From NCBI GenBank assembly GCA_963769935.1, contig CAVYNY010000035.1, forward strand, positions 64,001 through 128,000: a stretch of 64,000 nt of DNA. Reading direction: 5' to 3'. The translations under genes and the position numbers were made by a program. This DNA comes from an uncultured delta proteobacterium (GTDB lineage Bacteria > Desulfobacterota > Desulfobacteria > Desulfobacterales > JAFDCJ01). The number at the start of each line of letters is the position of its first letter. Within the stretch, counting starts at the first letter, position 1. The notes beneath the pieces were generated by a model, which saw only the letters and a list, made by a program, of their open reading frames with translations, was not told where the DNA came from and did no database searches. Positions 18,606 to 29,410 of the stretch are shown one piece after another.

Positions 18606-21600
18606 TGAACATCTGTGCCCCCTTCATCAAAAGGCCGGTCATGACCACCCTGGTTATGGTTTCAGCGCTGCTTTTCGGCATTATGACTTACAACCGTCTG
18701 CCGGTCAGCGACTTGCCCAACGTGGATTTTCCCACCATTCTGGTCAATGCCGCACTGCCCGGGGCCAATCCCGAAACCATCGCCACGGCGGTGGCCACGC
18801 CCCTGGAGCGTGAGTTTTCCACCATTTCCGGTCTGGATTCGATGAGTTCCACCAGCTCCCTGGGAAGCGTCCAGATCACGCTGCAGTTCGATCTGCGCCG
18901 CAATATCGACGCCGCGGCCCAGGATGTCCAGGCGGCCATATCGCGGGCAGCCAATCAATTGCCCGGATGACATGCCCAATCCGCCCTCCTATCGCAAGGT
19001 CAATCCGGCCGACCAGCCCATTTTATACCTGGCCCTGACATCGCCGACCCTGCCGCTATATACCCTCAACGAATACGGCGAGACCGTCATGGCCCAGCGA
19101 ATTTCCATGGTCAACGGCGTGGCCCAGGTTCTCGTTTACGGCTCCCAGAAATATGCCGTGCGGATCCAGTTGGATCCCAAAGCCCTGGCCTTCCGCGGCA
19201 TCGGGATCGACCAGGTGGCCGATGCGGTCCGGCGTGCCAACGTCAACCTGCCGACCGGCGCGCTTTACGGCACGAACCGGGCCTTCACCGTTCAGGCCAG
19301 CGGCCAGCTGACCAGCGCGGCCCCGTATCGCTCCATCATAATAGCCTATCGCGGCGGGAACCCGGTGCGCCTGGCAGACGTCGGAACGGCCATAGACGGT
19401 GTGGAAAGCGACAAAACCGCCGCCTGGTATGTGGACCAAAGATCCGTGATTCTGGCCATCCAACGCCAGCCCGGCACCAACACCGTGGAAGTGGCCGGTG
19501 ACGTCAAACAGCTGCTGCCGGCCTTCCAGTCTCAGCTGCCGGCCTCGGTTTCCCTGCACGTGCTCTATGACCGTTCGGAGTCCATTCGCGATTCCGTGCG
19601 CGACATCAAATTCACCCTGGTGTTTACCCTCGGCCTGGTGGTTATGGTGATCTTTCTGTTTTTGCGGAGGATTTCCGACACGATTATTCCCAGTCTGGCG
19701 ATGCCTATGTCCTTGATCGGAACGTTCATGGTCATGTATCTGCTGGGCTACAGCCTGGACAACCTCTCCCTGATGGCGCTGATTCTGGCCGTGGGCTTTG
19801 TGGTGGATGATGCCATCGTCATGCTGGAAAACACCGTGCGCCACCAGGAGATGGGCGAGGATATTATGACGGCCGCTTTAAACGGCTCCCGGGAAATCGG
19901 CTTTACCATTATTTCCATGACCGTTTCGCTGGTCGCTGTCTTTATACCGGTCCTGTTTATGGGTGGGATTCTCGGCCGGCTCTTTCGCGAGTTTGCCGTC
20001 ACGATCGGCGTCGCGGTTTTGGCCTCCGGTGTGATTTCCCTGACCCTGACCCCGATGTTGTGCAGCCGGTTTCTGAAGGCGGCGGGCAACCGGCGTCCGG
20101 GAAAATTCTACCTGGCCTCGGAGCGCATCTTCCAGGGAATGATCGGCATATACAAGCGCGGATTGACATGGTTCCTGGGGCATCGGCGCAGTACCATGGT
20201 TTTTCTGGCGGTTATCATGGCGCTGACCTTCTGGCTGTTTAAAATTGTTCCCAAGGGATTCATTCCCAGTGAAGACCGCGCCCAGATCTTTACGCTGACC
20301 GAAGCGGCCGAGGATATTTCCTGGGATTCCATGCAGCGCCATCAACAGGCGCTGGCCGAAATCGTCAGCCGGGATCCCAACGTTGAGTCCTTTATGTCGA
20401 GCGCCGGCTCCCGGGCCGGCAGCATTACCGGCAGCAACAGCGGTGTTCTTTTCATCCGGCTCAAGCCGCGCAGCGAGCGGCGTCTGAGCGTGGACCAGAT
20501 TATAGAGGAGCTGCGCCCCAAATTGGCCGCAGTGCCGGGCATCCGGGCGTTCATGCAGAATGTGCCCCTTATTCGGATCGGCGGACGGTTGACCAAAAGC
20601 CAGTACCAGTACACGCTGCAGAGCACCGATATTCAGGAGCTTTACAAATACGCGCCGTTGTTTGCAGACAAACTGCAGAGCCTGCCGGGCTTCCAGGATG
20701 TCACCACCGATCTGCAGCTGAAAAACCCGCAGGTCAATGTGGAAATCGACCGGGACAAGGCCGCGACCCTTGGAATTACGGCGCTGCAGATCGAAGATGC
20801 GCTCTATAGCGCCTATGGCTCGCGCCAGATCTCCACGATATATGCCGCCACCAATCAGTACACGGTCATCATGGAGCTCGAACCCCGGTATCAGCTGGAC
20901 CCGCGGGCGCTTTCCCTGCTTTACGTCCGTTCGGCCGGCGGCGCTTTGGTTCCACTCGACGCCGTATCTAAGATCACGACCGGCTTCGGCCCGCTGACCG
21001 TCAACCACAACGGCCAGCTGCCGGCCGTCACCGTGTCGTTTAACCTAAAGCCCGGTTACGCCCTGGGGGATGCAGTTGAAGCCATCAACCGGGCAGCGGT
21101 CGATGCACTGCCGGCCACGGTTACGGGCAGCTTTCAGGGGGCGGCCCAGGTGTTCGAATCCTCCCTGCACGACCTGGGGGTGCTGCTCATTATCGCCCTT
21201 TTGGTGATCTACATCGTTCTGGGAATTCTATACGAAAGTTTTATTCATCCGCTGACCATTCTTTCGGCACTGCCCTTCGCGGGTTTCGGCGCTCTGGTGA
21301 CGCTGCAGGCCTTCAACGCTCAGCTGGATGTTTATTCCTTCGTGGGGCTGATCATGCTGGTGGGTTTGGTGAAAAAAAACGGCATCATCATGATCGACTT
21401 TGCCCTCGAAGCCCAGCGGCAGGGCGGCAAATCGGCGCGGGATGCCATCTTTATGGCCTGCGTGGTGCGCTTCCGGCCGATCATGATGACCTCGATGGCG
21501 GCGCTCATGGGAAGTCTGCCGATTGCCGTGGGTTGGGGCGCGGGCGGCGAATCCCGCCAGCCATTAGGACTGGCGGTGGTCGGAGGTCTGCTCTTTTCCC

Positions 21601-21722
21601 AGTTTCTAACGCTTTTCGTTACCCCGGTGTTCTATCTGTACATGGACGAACTCCAGGCCAAGTTCAAAAAAAGGAAAATCGCCGCCCCGAAAGGCGAAGC
21701 TGTGCCGGCCGATCAAATTTAG
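18605..21722 (+). CDS. RND efflux permease (MdtB/MdtC-like), frameshifted near 18963
   Basis: PFIKRPVMT and LPVSDLPNVDFPTI join to PSYRKVNPAD, GFVVDDAIVMLEN, VKKNGI and RFRPIMMT. Confidence 0.92.
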
Positions 21723-21734
21723 ATTTCAGATAAA

Positions 21735-21900
21735 AAAGCTCACAGCTGATAGCTCATAGTTCTTAGTCGGGGGACAGACGACAGACGACAGATGAAAGAG
21801 ATTAGAAGCTGGGAGGCCTGGAAGCTGGGAGGCTGGGAAGCAAAACCTCGGGACTTTGTCCCTCACTACCACTCGCATGCAGCCTTTATCCTGTATCCAT
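21735..21900. repeat. Cluster of short degenerate 7-8-mer tandem repeats
   Basis: AGCTCAC/AGCTGAT/AGCTCAT, GACAGACGACAGACGACAG and GAAGCTGGGAGGC repeats between convergent genes. Confidence 0.55.
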
Positions 21901-21911
21901 TGACTTCTATT

Positions 21912-23681
21912 TTATAACCCGGCCTTTTTCAGCATGCTGATAATTTGGTCCGCGTTGCGCGGATCTTTATAGGGTTGGCCGGCGGCATACTTTGCGGCGG
22001 AGAAATCCGGCTTTACGCGGCGGATTGCGCGGCCTGCTGCTTGGGCCTGTTCAAACCGCTGCAGGGCGGCATTGGCGGCGGCTGTCACGAGAAGTGCGTC
22101 CAGATTGTTGGGATTGGAGTCGAGGCTGGTCCCGGCCACGTCGAGGGCTTCGGCATACATGCCGCAGCCGTAGCAGGCGTTGGCAAGGATTGTGGCATAA
22201 AAGGCAGGATAAACCGGGCAAAGACGAATGGCATACCGGGCCAGCTCGACGGCTTCGGCGGAACGCCCCGTGTAGTTGAGAATGTTGGCTTTGACCGCAT
22301 AGGATGCATGGCAGTTGGGACGTACCTTTAGGGCCTCTTCGGAAGCGGCCTGGGACTGGTCGTGCTCCCGGTTGAGCAGATGAATCTGGGCGATGACCAG
22401 ATCCGGCATTCCCGTGGTATCTTTTAAGCGTTTGGAGTGGCAGGCCAGCGCCTTGGCCTGGTTCAGCGCCTGGGCGACATCTTCACTGACGTTTTGCGTC
22501 ACCGCCCACCACCAGGACCAGGCTGCCAAAGCATAGCCGAGCGGAGATTCAGGCTCCAAACGAATCGTTTCGCCGGACAGCTGCCGGGCGAGATAAATAT
22601 CCGTGCGGGAGGAGCGAAACAGAGCGCCCCAGCCGCGATAGTAGCTCTCGATCGCAGCGGGATTTTTGAAGGACTGCCTCACCAGGCGTGCCGCTTCGCC
22701 TAAAACCAGTTGAACGTCCATGGCGGTTATGATTTCCCGGGTGATTTCATCCTGAATGGTGAAGACGTCGTCCAGTCGACGATCAAACCGTTCGGCCCAT
22801 ATTTGCCGCCCGTGCCTGCTTTCCATCAATCTGGCGGTTACGCGCACGCGATCTTTGTCCCGGCGCACACCTCCATCCAGCACGTGACTGACCCCGAGCC
22901 GTTTTCCCAGCGCAGGGATCGAAAGCAGCGGCCGATCGTAATTTCCCAACGATACCCAGCTTACCAGAATGAGTTCCGGTATCTGGACCATACCGGCCAT
23001 AACGTCCAGGGTTAAACCGTCGCTGAAGTGGTCCTGTTCCAGATCGGCACCCAGGTTTACAAACGGCAGGATCGTTAAAGACGGCTTGGCCGGCATCGGC
23101 AGCGAGACCCATCTAGTGGGGTGCGTCTCGGCGGCCTGGGCCGCGGGTTTGGTATCCGCCATAACGATTCTGTAGGCCCTCACCGGTTCGGCAATGTTTT
23201 TAAGGTTCTGATCTCCCAGATCGACGAACTGAATGCTGGATGTGTTCCGGATCTGCTTGTACACCAGATCCGAAATGCAAATCCCGCCCGGTTGAGCAAG
23301 CGCCTCCAGGCGAGCGGAAATGTTGACGCTCTCTCCGAATAGCTGCCGGCCGTCGAACATGACATCGCCCAGATGGATCCCAATGCGAAATTGGATTCGG
23401 CGATGAACGGCGAGATTTCTGTTAAGCTCTGCCAGGCTGCGGTGAATTGCGACCGAACAGTCTACGGCATCCCGTGCGCTGGGAAACTCCGCCAGCATGT
23501 TGTCGCCGACAAAGTCGGACACGCGTCCGCCGAACTTTTTAACTGCCGCCGCGACTCGTTCGCGGCACGCTTTCAAGCTTCGGATGGTGGCGATTTGGTC
23601 GTCGGCCATCAGGCGGCTGTAGTCCACCATATCGGCGCTGATCAGGGCGGACAGGCGACGTTGTAGTCGGTCTTCAGTCAT
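21912..23681 (-). CDS. Class III nucleotide cyclase domain - TolB-like - TPR protein
   Basis: RRLSA..ADMVDYSRLM, GD, FRIGIHLGDV, VNISARLE, KPSL.ILPFVNL and QIWAERFDR, then TPR-like helices. Confidence 0.9.
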   Translation of the reverse strand: MTEDRLQRRLSALISADMVDYSRLMADDQIATIRSLKACRERVAAAVKKFGGRVSDFVGDNMLAEFPSARDAVDCSVAIHRSLAELNRNLAVHRRIQFRIGIHLGDVMFDGRQLFGESVNISARLEALAQPGGICISDLVYKQIRNTSSIQFVDLGDQNLKNIAEPVRAYRIVMADTKPAAQAAETHPTRWVSLPMPAKPSLTILPFVNLGADLEQDHFSDGLTLDVMAGMVQIPELILVSWVSLGNYDRPLLSIPALGKRLGVSHVLDGGVRRDKDRVRVTARLMESRHGRQIWAERFDRRLDDVFTIQDEITREIITAMDVQLVLGEAARLVRQSFKNPAAIESYYRGWGALFRSSRTDIYLARQLSGETIRLEPESPLGYALAAWSWWWAVTQNVSEDVAQALNQAKALACHSKRLKDTTGMPDLVIAQIHLLNREHDQSQAASEEALKVRPNCHASYAVKANILNYTGRSAEAVELARYAIRLCPVYPAFYATILANACYGCGMYAEALDVAGTSLDSNPNNLDALLVTAAANAALQRFEQAQAAGRAIRRVKPDFSAAKYAAGQPYKDPRNADQIISMLKKAGL

Positions 23682-23711
23682 TGGCGAGCTCACTAGTTGA
23701 ACATGACATCG

Positions 23712-24137
23712 AAGACGCGGTCCTCTGGGATAGATCTTAAATAATAGGCTTTGCCGCGGTTTAATGCCATGGGTTATTGGAATAATGGAATTTGGAATAA
23801 TGGATTTGCGGAATGAGATCTGGTTTCATACGGATGGCGCTAATTAGTGGTTGAACGAAAACTCGTCCATAGAGCTGTTTTGGGTTTCGCCCTTAGCAAT
23901 CCATATTGTCATAAGAGCTTGATTTTCGTAGGTTGGGTTGATCCGCCTAGGCGGACAACGTTACCGGTCAGGCTCAACCCAACCTACCCTAAATCAGGAC
24001 TTTTCATCCAAGCACTAATTAGTAAATAAAACCAGACCATCATCCGCTTTTGTTTCCCATTATTCCACTATTCCGTGGGTTACTTGAAAAACAGACAACA
24101 CCGATCTCGGGTGAATTCAAAGCCCGGCCCTTGGGGT
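23712..24137. repeat. Repeat family A copy 2 (carries a family D insert)
   Basis: Collinear with 14923-15303 once the inserts are removed. Confidence 0.8.
23845..24017. mobile_element. Repeat family D copy 1: MITE-like element with terminal inverted repeats and an internal GTAG-type REP doublet
   Basis: TAGTGGTTGAACGAAAA ... TTTTCATCCAAGCACTA ends, with inner GTAGGTTGGGTTGA ... TCAACCCAACCTAC. Confidence 0.8.
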
Positions 24138-24150
24138 TACCCTTCTCTAC

Positions 24151-24648
24151 TCACCCCGAAATCCATCTGAAAATCAAGGGTGCCGTCAGAACAACGAAGA
24201 TTACGCGGAAAAAATGAAAACAGACCACCAGCATGGGCTGGGCCGGACTGTCGAGAGCCAGCACGACCAGCGCGCTCATGGCACCCGGGCTGGTGCCCAG
24301 ATAAGCCGTACCGATGTCCAGCAGTCCAAGTTTGGCAAAAATGACCGCCAGGAGTGCTCCGGTAACAACCAGCACGATGCAGGAAATCACCACCGGCAGA
24401 GCGATTTTTTTCATTGCCTGCATCAACTCAGGCTGAAAAGAAGCGCCCACCATAATTCCCAGAAAAATCTGCAGCACGAAGGTAAAGCTTTTAGGGGTTT
24501 CCCAATGCAGTTTCGTAAACATTTTGAATAAAATGATGGCCAGCATTGCGCCGATCAAGGCACCGGCAGGTATTTTCAGTTTGGCGCCGATCAACCCCCC
24601 GATCAATCCGAGGGCCAGATAGGACAGCAAACCCAGACTAGGGCTCAT
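24151..24648 (-). CDS. AbrB-family membrane protein (single repeat)
   Basis: KIPAGALIGAM, Q..LG..VG, TAYLGTSPGAMS and H..R motifs. Confidence 0.85.
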   Translation of the reverse strand: MSPSLGLLSYLALGLIGGLIGAKLKIPAGALIGAMLAIILFKMFTKLHWETPKSFTFVLQIFLGIMVGASFQPELMQAMKKIALPVVISCIVLVVTGALLAVIFAKLGLLDIGTAYLGTSPGAMSALVVLALDSPAQPMLVVCFHFFRVIFVVLTAPLIFRWISG

Positions 24649-24976
24649 AATAGTTTTCCTTTCCGCAAGTTTTCCGCATGTTGTCAGATGATCGTCAATT
24701 CCACTTTCCCCAGGCCGGGTACTTCCGACACGTCACGCGGGCTGCCGGTGGGGAAAAGTCTGCCGCAAAGGGAGCCGCAGCGTATCGCCTCTGTGATTCT
24801 TAACAAGTATTGTAACCACGAATTCGGCTATGAAAAGTCCGCAACACACACCGTCCAATCGATATCGGCCGATTGACCGGTTGCGACCGTCGAACAGAAA
24901 TAATTAAAAATTTGGCCCAATTTATGATATAAACCCCAAACCTCAAACCGGCTATATCATATAAAATTCAAAAATA

Positions 24977-25005
24977 TTGACAGGGAGTTGGGATTGCTTT
25001 ACTAG
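24977..25005 (+). promoter_or_regulatory. Candidate sigma-70 promoter upstream of acnA
   Basis: TTGACA-N17-TACTAG. Confidence 0.45.
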
Positions 25006-25058
25006 GGCGGAGTAATCAGGTGCTCAGACCTTGTTTGTATCAGCGAGTTATTAGAAAC

Positions 25059-25404
25059 TAAATTCCAAATTCCAAGCACCAAAAAACAAATAAATCCCAA
25101 ATCACAATACTCAATGACCGAAACAGCTCAAACCAAGAAAACGCAGCTGTCTGATCTTTTTGGGGTTTAATACTTTCATGCTTTCGTGATAAAGCATCGC
25201 TTATATCTAAAGCGATCACCAAAACAGACTGAGTCCCGTTTGGATTTTTGTATTTTGGTTATTGTAATTTGTTTGGGCCCGCCCTGGTGTGACTTGCTTG
25301 GTTTATACCTTTATCCTTTTCCGGCCTGGGCATGGACACAATAAATTCTTCAGGCGTTAAATCGGTCTGGGCCAGGGATTTGTGATTTGGTATTTGTGAT
25401 TTTT
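25059..25404. repeat. Repeat family B copy 2 (right arm interrupted by family C)
   Basis: Left arm AAATTCCAAATTCC...AAATCCCAAATCAC...CAATGACC and a T/G-rich complementary right arm. Confidence 0.7.
25276..25377. mobile_element. Repeat family C copy 2: 102-bp GG-flanked element inserted in family B
   Basis: GGCCCCGCCCTGGTG ... CCTGGG ... CGGTCTGGGCCAGGG. Confidence 0.65.
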
Positions 25405-25472
25405 AACTACGCCATCCCGGATAAAACGGTGCCCGAGCACCATCGCAATGTACTCATCTCCAGGAGGATATC

Positions 25473-28217
25473 ATGAAAAAAGACGACTACATCCGCCGGC
25501 TGAAAGTCGGCCGGAAGCAATTCGATACATTTAACATCCTGCAACTCGAGACTGCGGGCGTGGCCGATATCCGGCGACTTCCTTTTTCGATCCGCATCCT
25601 GGTGGAAAATCTTTTGCGCAAAATGGACGGCCGGATCGTCAAAGCGGAAGACCTGGAAAACATCGCCCGCTGGCAGAAGACCTACGATGATCCGGTGGAA
25701 ATCCCCTACCATCCGGCCCGGGTCCTGATGCAGGATTTCACCGGCGTGCCGGCCGTCGTCGACCTGGCAGCCATGCGCGACGCCATGCAAAAAATGGGGG
25801 GCAATCCCGAGAAAGTCAATCCGCTGGTACCGGTGGATCTCATCGTGGACCATTCCGTGCAGGTGGACTGCTACGGGACTGAAACGGCCGTCGTACAGAA
25901 CGTCAAAAAGGAGTACGAAAGAAACGGCGAGCGGTATGCGCTGCTCAAGTGGGCCCAACAGAGCTTCAACAACTTCAAAGTGGTGCCGCCCCGGTCGGGC
26001 ATCTGCCACCAGGTGAACCTCGAGTATCTGGGCCGCGTCGTGATCACCGACGAAATGGACGGCCGCCGGATCGCCTACCCGGATACGCTGGTGGGATTGG
26101 ATTCGCATACGACCATGATCGACGCCATCGGTGTCATGGGATGGGGTGTCGGGGGGATCGAGGCCGAAGCCGTCATGCTGGGGCAACCCTATTATATGTC
26201 CATTCCCCAGGTGATCGGCGTTAAATTCACCGGCCGGCTCCAACCCGGCGTCACCGCCACCGACCTGGTGCTGACGGTGACCGAAATGCTCAGAAACTAC
26301 GGGGTTGTGGAGAAGTTCGTGGAATTCTTCGGACCGGGTCTCAAATCCCTGACGGTTCCCGACCGGGCCACCATCTCCAACATGTCACCCGAGTACGGGG
26401 CGACCATGGGATTTTTTCCGGTGGATGAAAAAACCATCGAATATCTAACGATGACCAACCGCGAGGAGCAGGCCGCCTTAGTGTCGTCCTACACCCAGGA
26501 AAACGGCCTCTTTTTAACCGGGTCGGAGCAGCCGGAGTACACCGACGTGCTGGAATTCAATCTATCCGATGTCCAACCGTGTGTGGCCGGTCCGGCCAGG
26601 CCCCAGGATCGCATCGTCCTGACGGATTTGAAAAAGAAGTTTGCCGACATCCTGGGCTGCGCGTACCAGCGCGACGCGGAATTAAAGCGCATCTCGCAGT
26701 TCCATGAAGAATCCGGCACCCAGACCAGACGATCCCAAAAATGTATGCCGTTGACCGAATACAGCTGCGATATCGAATTCAACGGTATGCCGGTCCGGAT
26801 CGGAAACGGCAGCGTCGTGATTGCCGCCATCACCTCCTGCACCAACACGTCCAACCCGTTTGTCCTGCTCGGGGCGGGACTGCTGGCCCGCAATGCCGTT
26901 CGGCGCGGCCTGAAAGTACCTCCCTTTGTGAAGACATCACTGGCCCCCGGCTCCAAAGTCGTGATCCGGTATCTGGAAGACGCCGGGTTGATGCCTTATC
27001 TGGAAGCGCTCGGGTTCCACCTGGCCGGATTCGGCTGCACCACCTGCATCGGAAACAGCGGGCCGCTGCACCCGGCGATCGAAAAAGCCATCGTCGACAA
27101 CGATCTGAATGTGGCGGCGGTGCTCTCGGGAAACCGCAACTTCGAGGCCCGGATTCACCAGCGCGTCAAGTCCAACTTCCTGGCCTCTCCCATGCTGGTG
27201 GTGGCCTTTGCCCTGGCCGGGCACATCGATGTGGATCTGACCTATGAACCTGTGGGGCTTGACCCGAACGGGGAGCCGGTTTATCTGGAAAACATCTGGC
27301 CGAAAAATGAAGAGATCGCGGAGTTGATTCCGGCTCATGTGAAGCAGGCGTTCTTCGAGCTGGAATACGGGCGCATCTTCGACGGCGACGAGTTCTGGCG
27401 GGGCTTGCCGGATGTGGCCAGCATCACCTATGCCTGGGACGAAAAGTCCACCTATATCAAAAACCCGCCGTATTTCGAAAAATTCAGCCTGAAGCCCGAT
27501 CCGGTCCGCAATATCGAAAAGGCGCGGGTGCTGGCAGTCGTCGGGGACACCATTACAACGGATCACATCTCACCGGCCGGTGCTATTCCCAAAAATTACC
27601 CCGCCGGAAAGTATCTGATTGCCAAAGGCGTCGAGCCGGCGGATTTCAACTCCTACGGCTCGCGACGCGGAAATCATGAAGTGATGATGCGCGGAACCTT
27701 CGGCAACATCCGGCTGAAAAACCAGCTTGTCCGGGGCAAGGAAGGCAGTTACACCCTGAAGTTTCCTGAAAATGAGGAGCGCTATATCTATGAGGCCGCC
27801 ATGGCCTACCAGGATGCCGGTACACCGCTGGTGGTGCTCGCCGGTAAGGAATACGGTACCGGCTCCTCGCGCGACTGGGCGGCCAAGGGGTCCACCCTGC
27901 TGGGCGTCAAGGCGGTGATCGCCCGGTCTTTCGAACGGATTCACCGCAGCAACCTGGTGGGGATGGGGGTGCTGCCGCTGGTTTTCAAAGGCGATGACAG
28001 CGTGGCAAGTCTCGGACTTGACGGTACGGAAACCTATTCCGTCAGCGGTATCGAAGACATCACCCCCCGCAAGGAGCTTCAGGTAAAAGCCGTTAAGGCG
28101 GACGGCCGCGAGGTTGAATTCACGGTCGGCACCCGGCTGGATTCGGAGATCGAAGTCGACTACTTTAAACACGGCGGCATTCTGCCGTACGTGCTGAGGA
28201 AAATGATGCAAGCATAA
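25473..28217 (+). CDS. acnA: Aconitate hydratase A
   Basis: 914 aa with QDFTGVPAVVDLAAMRDA, DHSVQVD, AITSCTNTSNP, GCTTCIGNSG, TTDHISPAG and GSSRDWAAKG. Confidence 0.98.
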   Translation: MKKDDYIRRLKVGRKQFDTFNILQLETAGVADIRRLPFSIRILVENLLRKMDGRIVKAEDLENIARWQKTYDDPVEIPYHPARVLMQDFTGVPAVVDLAAMRDAMQKMGGNPEKVNPLVPVDLIVDHSVQVDCYGTETAVVQNVKKEYERNGERYALLKWAQQSFNNFKVVPPRSGICHQVNLEYLGRVVITDEMDGRRIAYPDTLVGLDSHTTMIDAIGVMGWGVGGIEAEAVMLGQPYYMSIPQVIGVKFTGRLQPGVTATDLVLTVTEMLRNYGVVEKFVEFFGPGLKSLTVPDRATISNMSPEYGATMGFFPVDEKTIEYLTMTNREEQAALVSSYTQENGLFLTGSEQPEYTDVLEFNLSDVQPCVAGPARPQDRIVLTDLKKKFADILGCAYQRDAELKRISQFHEESGTQTRRSQKCMPLTEYSCDIEFNGMPVRIGNGSVVIAAITSCTNTSNPFVLLGAGLLARNAVRRGLKVPPFVKTSLAPGSKVVIRYLEDAGLMPYLEALGFHLAGFGCTTCIGNSGPLHPAIEKAIVDNDLNVAAVLSGNRNFEARIHQRVKSNFLASPMLVVAFALAGHIDVDLTYEPVGLDPNGEPVYLENIWPKNEEIAELIPAHVKQAFFELEYGRIFDGDEFWRGLPDVASITYAWDEKSTYIKNPPYFEKFSLKPDPVRNIEKARVLAVVGDTITTDHISPAGAIPKNYPAGKYLIAKGVEPADFNSYGSRRGNHEVMMRGTFGNIRLKNQLVRGKEGSYTLKFPENEERYIYEAAMAYQDAGTPLVVLAGKEYGTGSSRDWAAKGSTLLGVKAVIARSFERIHRSNLVGMGVLPLVFKGDDSVASLGLDGTETYSVSGIEDITPRKELQVKAVKADGREVEFTVGTRLDSEIEVDYFKHGGILPYVLRKMMQA

Positions 28218-28255
28218 AAATCGTTTCACGATTTTTATGAAGACAAAAACCACCG

Positions 28256-28639
28256 CTATATGGCCGGCTCGAAATAATGGACGCCGATGCCATAACGTTC
28301 CGTTTTGTCGTTGATTTTTTCACAGCGCTTGACCTGGGCCGTGACAAGCGACTTGAGTTCACGGCAGGGTTCCGGCATCAGCCGGGCAACTCCGCAGTAA
28401 AAGGGGAGGGGTCCTTTTGCGAAACTGCCGGCAGGCGGATCGCCGGCAGCATCGCAGCCTAACGGTCTGACGACAATCGTCGTGCCCGGCGCCAGGGGGG
28501 TATCCGACTCAAAATACATCCCGTACCGGCTGTAGTTGCGAGCCACTGCAGCATGGCGCTCCGCTTTGTTTAGAAAAGAGTAGAAAATCCCCGTATCTTC
28601 ATCACACCTTGGATGTTTTCTGCGTTCTTGTATTTCCAT
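28256..28639 (-). CDS. PilZ domain protein (c-di-GMP receptor-like)
   Basis: ERRKHPR (RxxxR) and NYSRYG (N/DxSxxG) motifs, with C-terminal YGIGVHY. Confidence 0.8.
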   Translation of the reverse strand: MEIQERRKHPRCDEDTGIFYSFLNKAERHAAVARNYSRYGMYFESDTPLAPGTTIVVRPLGCDAAGDPPAGSFAKGPLPFYCGVARLMPEPCRELKSLVTAQVKRCEKINDKTERYGIGVHYFEPAI

Positions 28640-29025
28640 TGATATTTATATTTTTCAGCGAATCGGCACGTCTCGTCATCGCTTTCACCTGAGTTGCCGC
28701 ACCTTGTTGATATTTAATTAAATTTTTGACCGGAATCCAAAACTGCAAATTTAGAAATGTGAAATGAATCGGGATTGTCCTTCCGAATTCAAATCTAAAG
28801 TCCCAAGTATCTTACCTAATACCACTTTGTAATATGTCAAGGATGAAAATGGGAAATCCATAAGTGCGAGCCGCTTGCCCACAGCGAATATATGACCGGT
28901 GCGCCATGCTCAAACCGGTCTGAAATTGCAATACCGGTGTAAATAAATAATCTTGACAACAAAACCGGCTTTGGTTATCCAGTATTGTCTGCGCGAATGG
29001 AATCTTCAAGGCGCAGGGTTGCAGC

Positions 29026-29038
29026 TGAAACCGATACA
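29026..29038. promoter_or_regulatory. Candidate LacI-type operator upstream of the polyol ABC operon
   Basis: TGAAACCGATACA has a central CG and imperfect symmetry. Related AAACCGG motifs occur near 28915, 28962 and 29367. Confidence 0.3.
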
Positions 29039-29410
29039 CCATTTACCTTTTTCGATTTATCAGCTTTGAAAAGGCAGCTTCTTATCCGTCCAGAAATGTT
29101 TACTCAGTCGTATTCAACCCTTTTGCATATCGACGATGGTCGCAAACGCACTCAATGCGTAGCGGTATGCCCGCCGGGCAGGTTTTGCAGCGCCCTCGGC
29201 TTCACGGAATGGATAGTGAGGCGGCGGGAAATTTAAACCATCCCAAAAAAAGGAGGAAAGCGGTTCTGCGCTAATAGAAAATGCGCGGGAGGTGTCGGCA
29301 GTCTTGAATTACGTCACTTTCATCAACACGATTGCCTAATGACAAAGACATGGGGAGGTATAGTCAAAACCGGTTCAGCTAGTTTCTAATGCAAAGAAAG
29401 GAGAATCAGC

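Noticed and set aside
18960..18970. TGA ending the first mdtB-like ORF as a possible second selenocysteine codon
   Set aside because: Homology continues in a different frame, so this is a frameshift and not readthrough.
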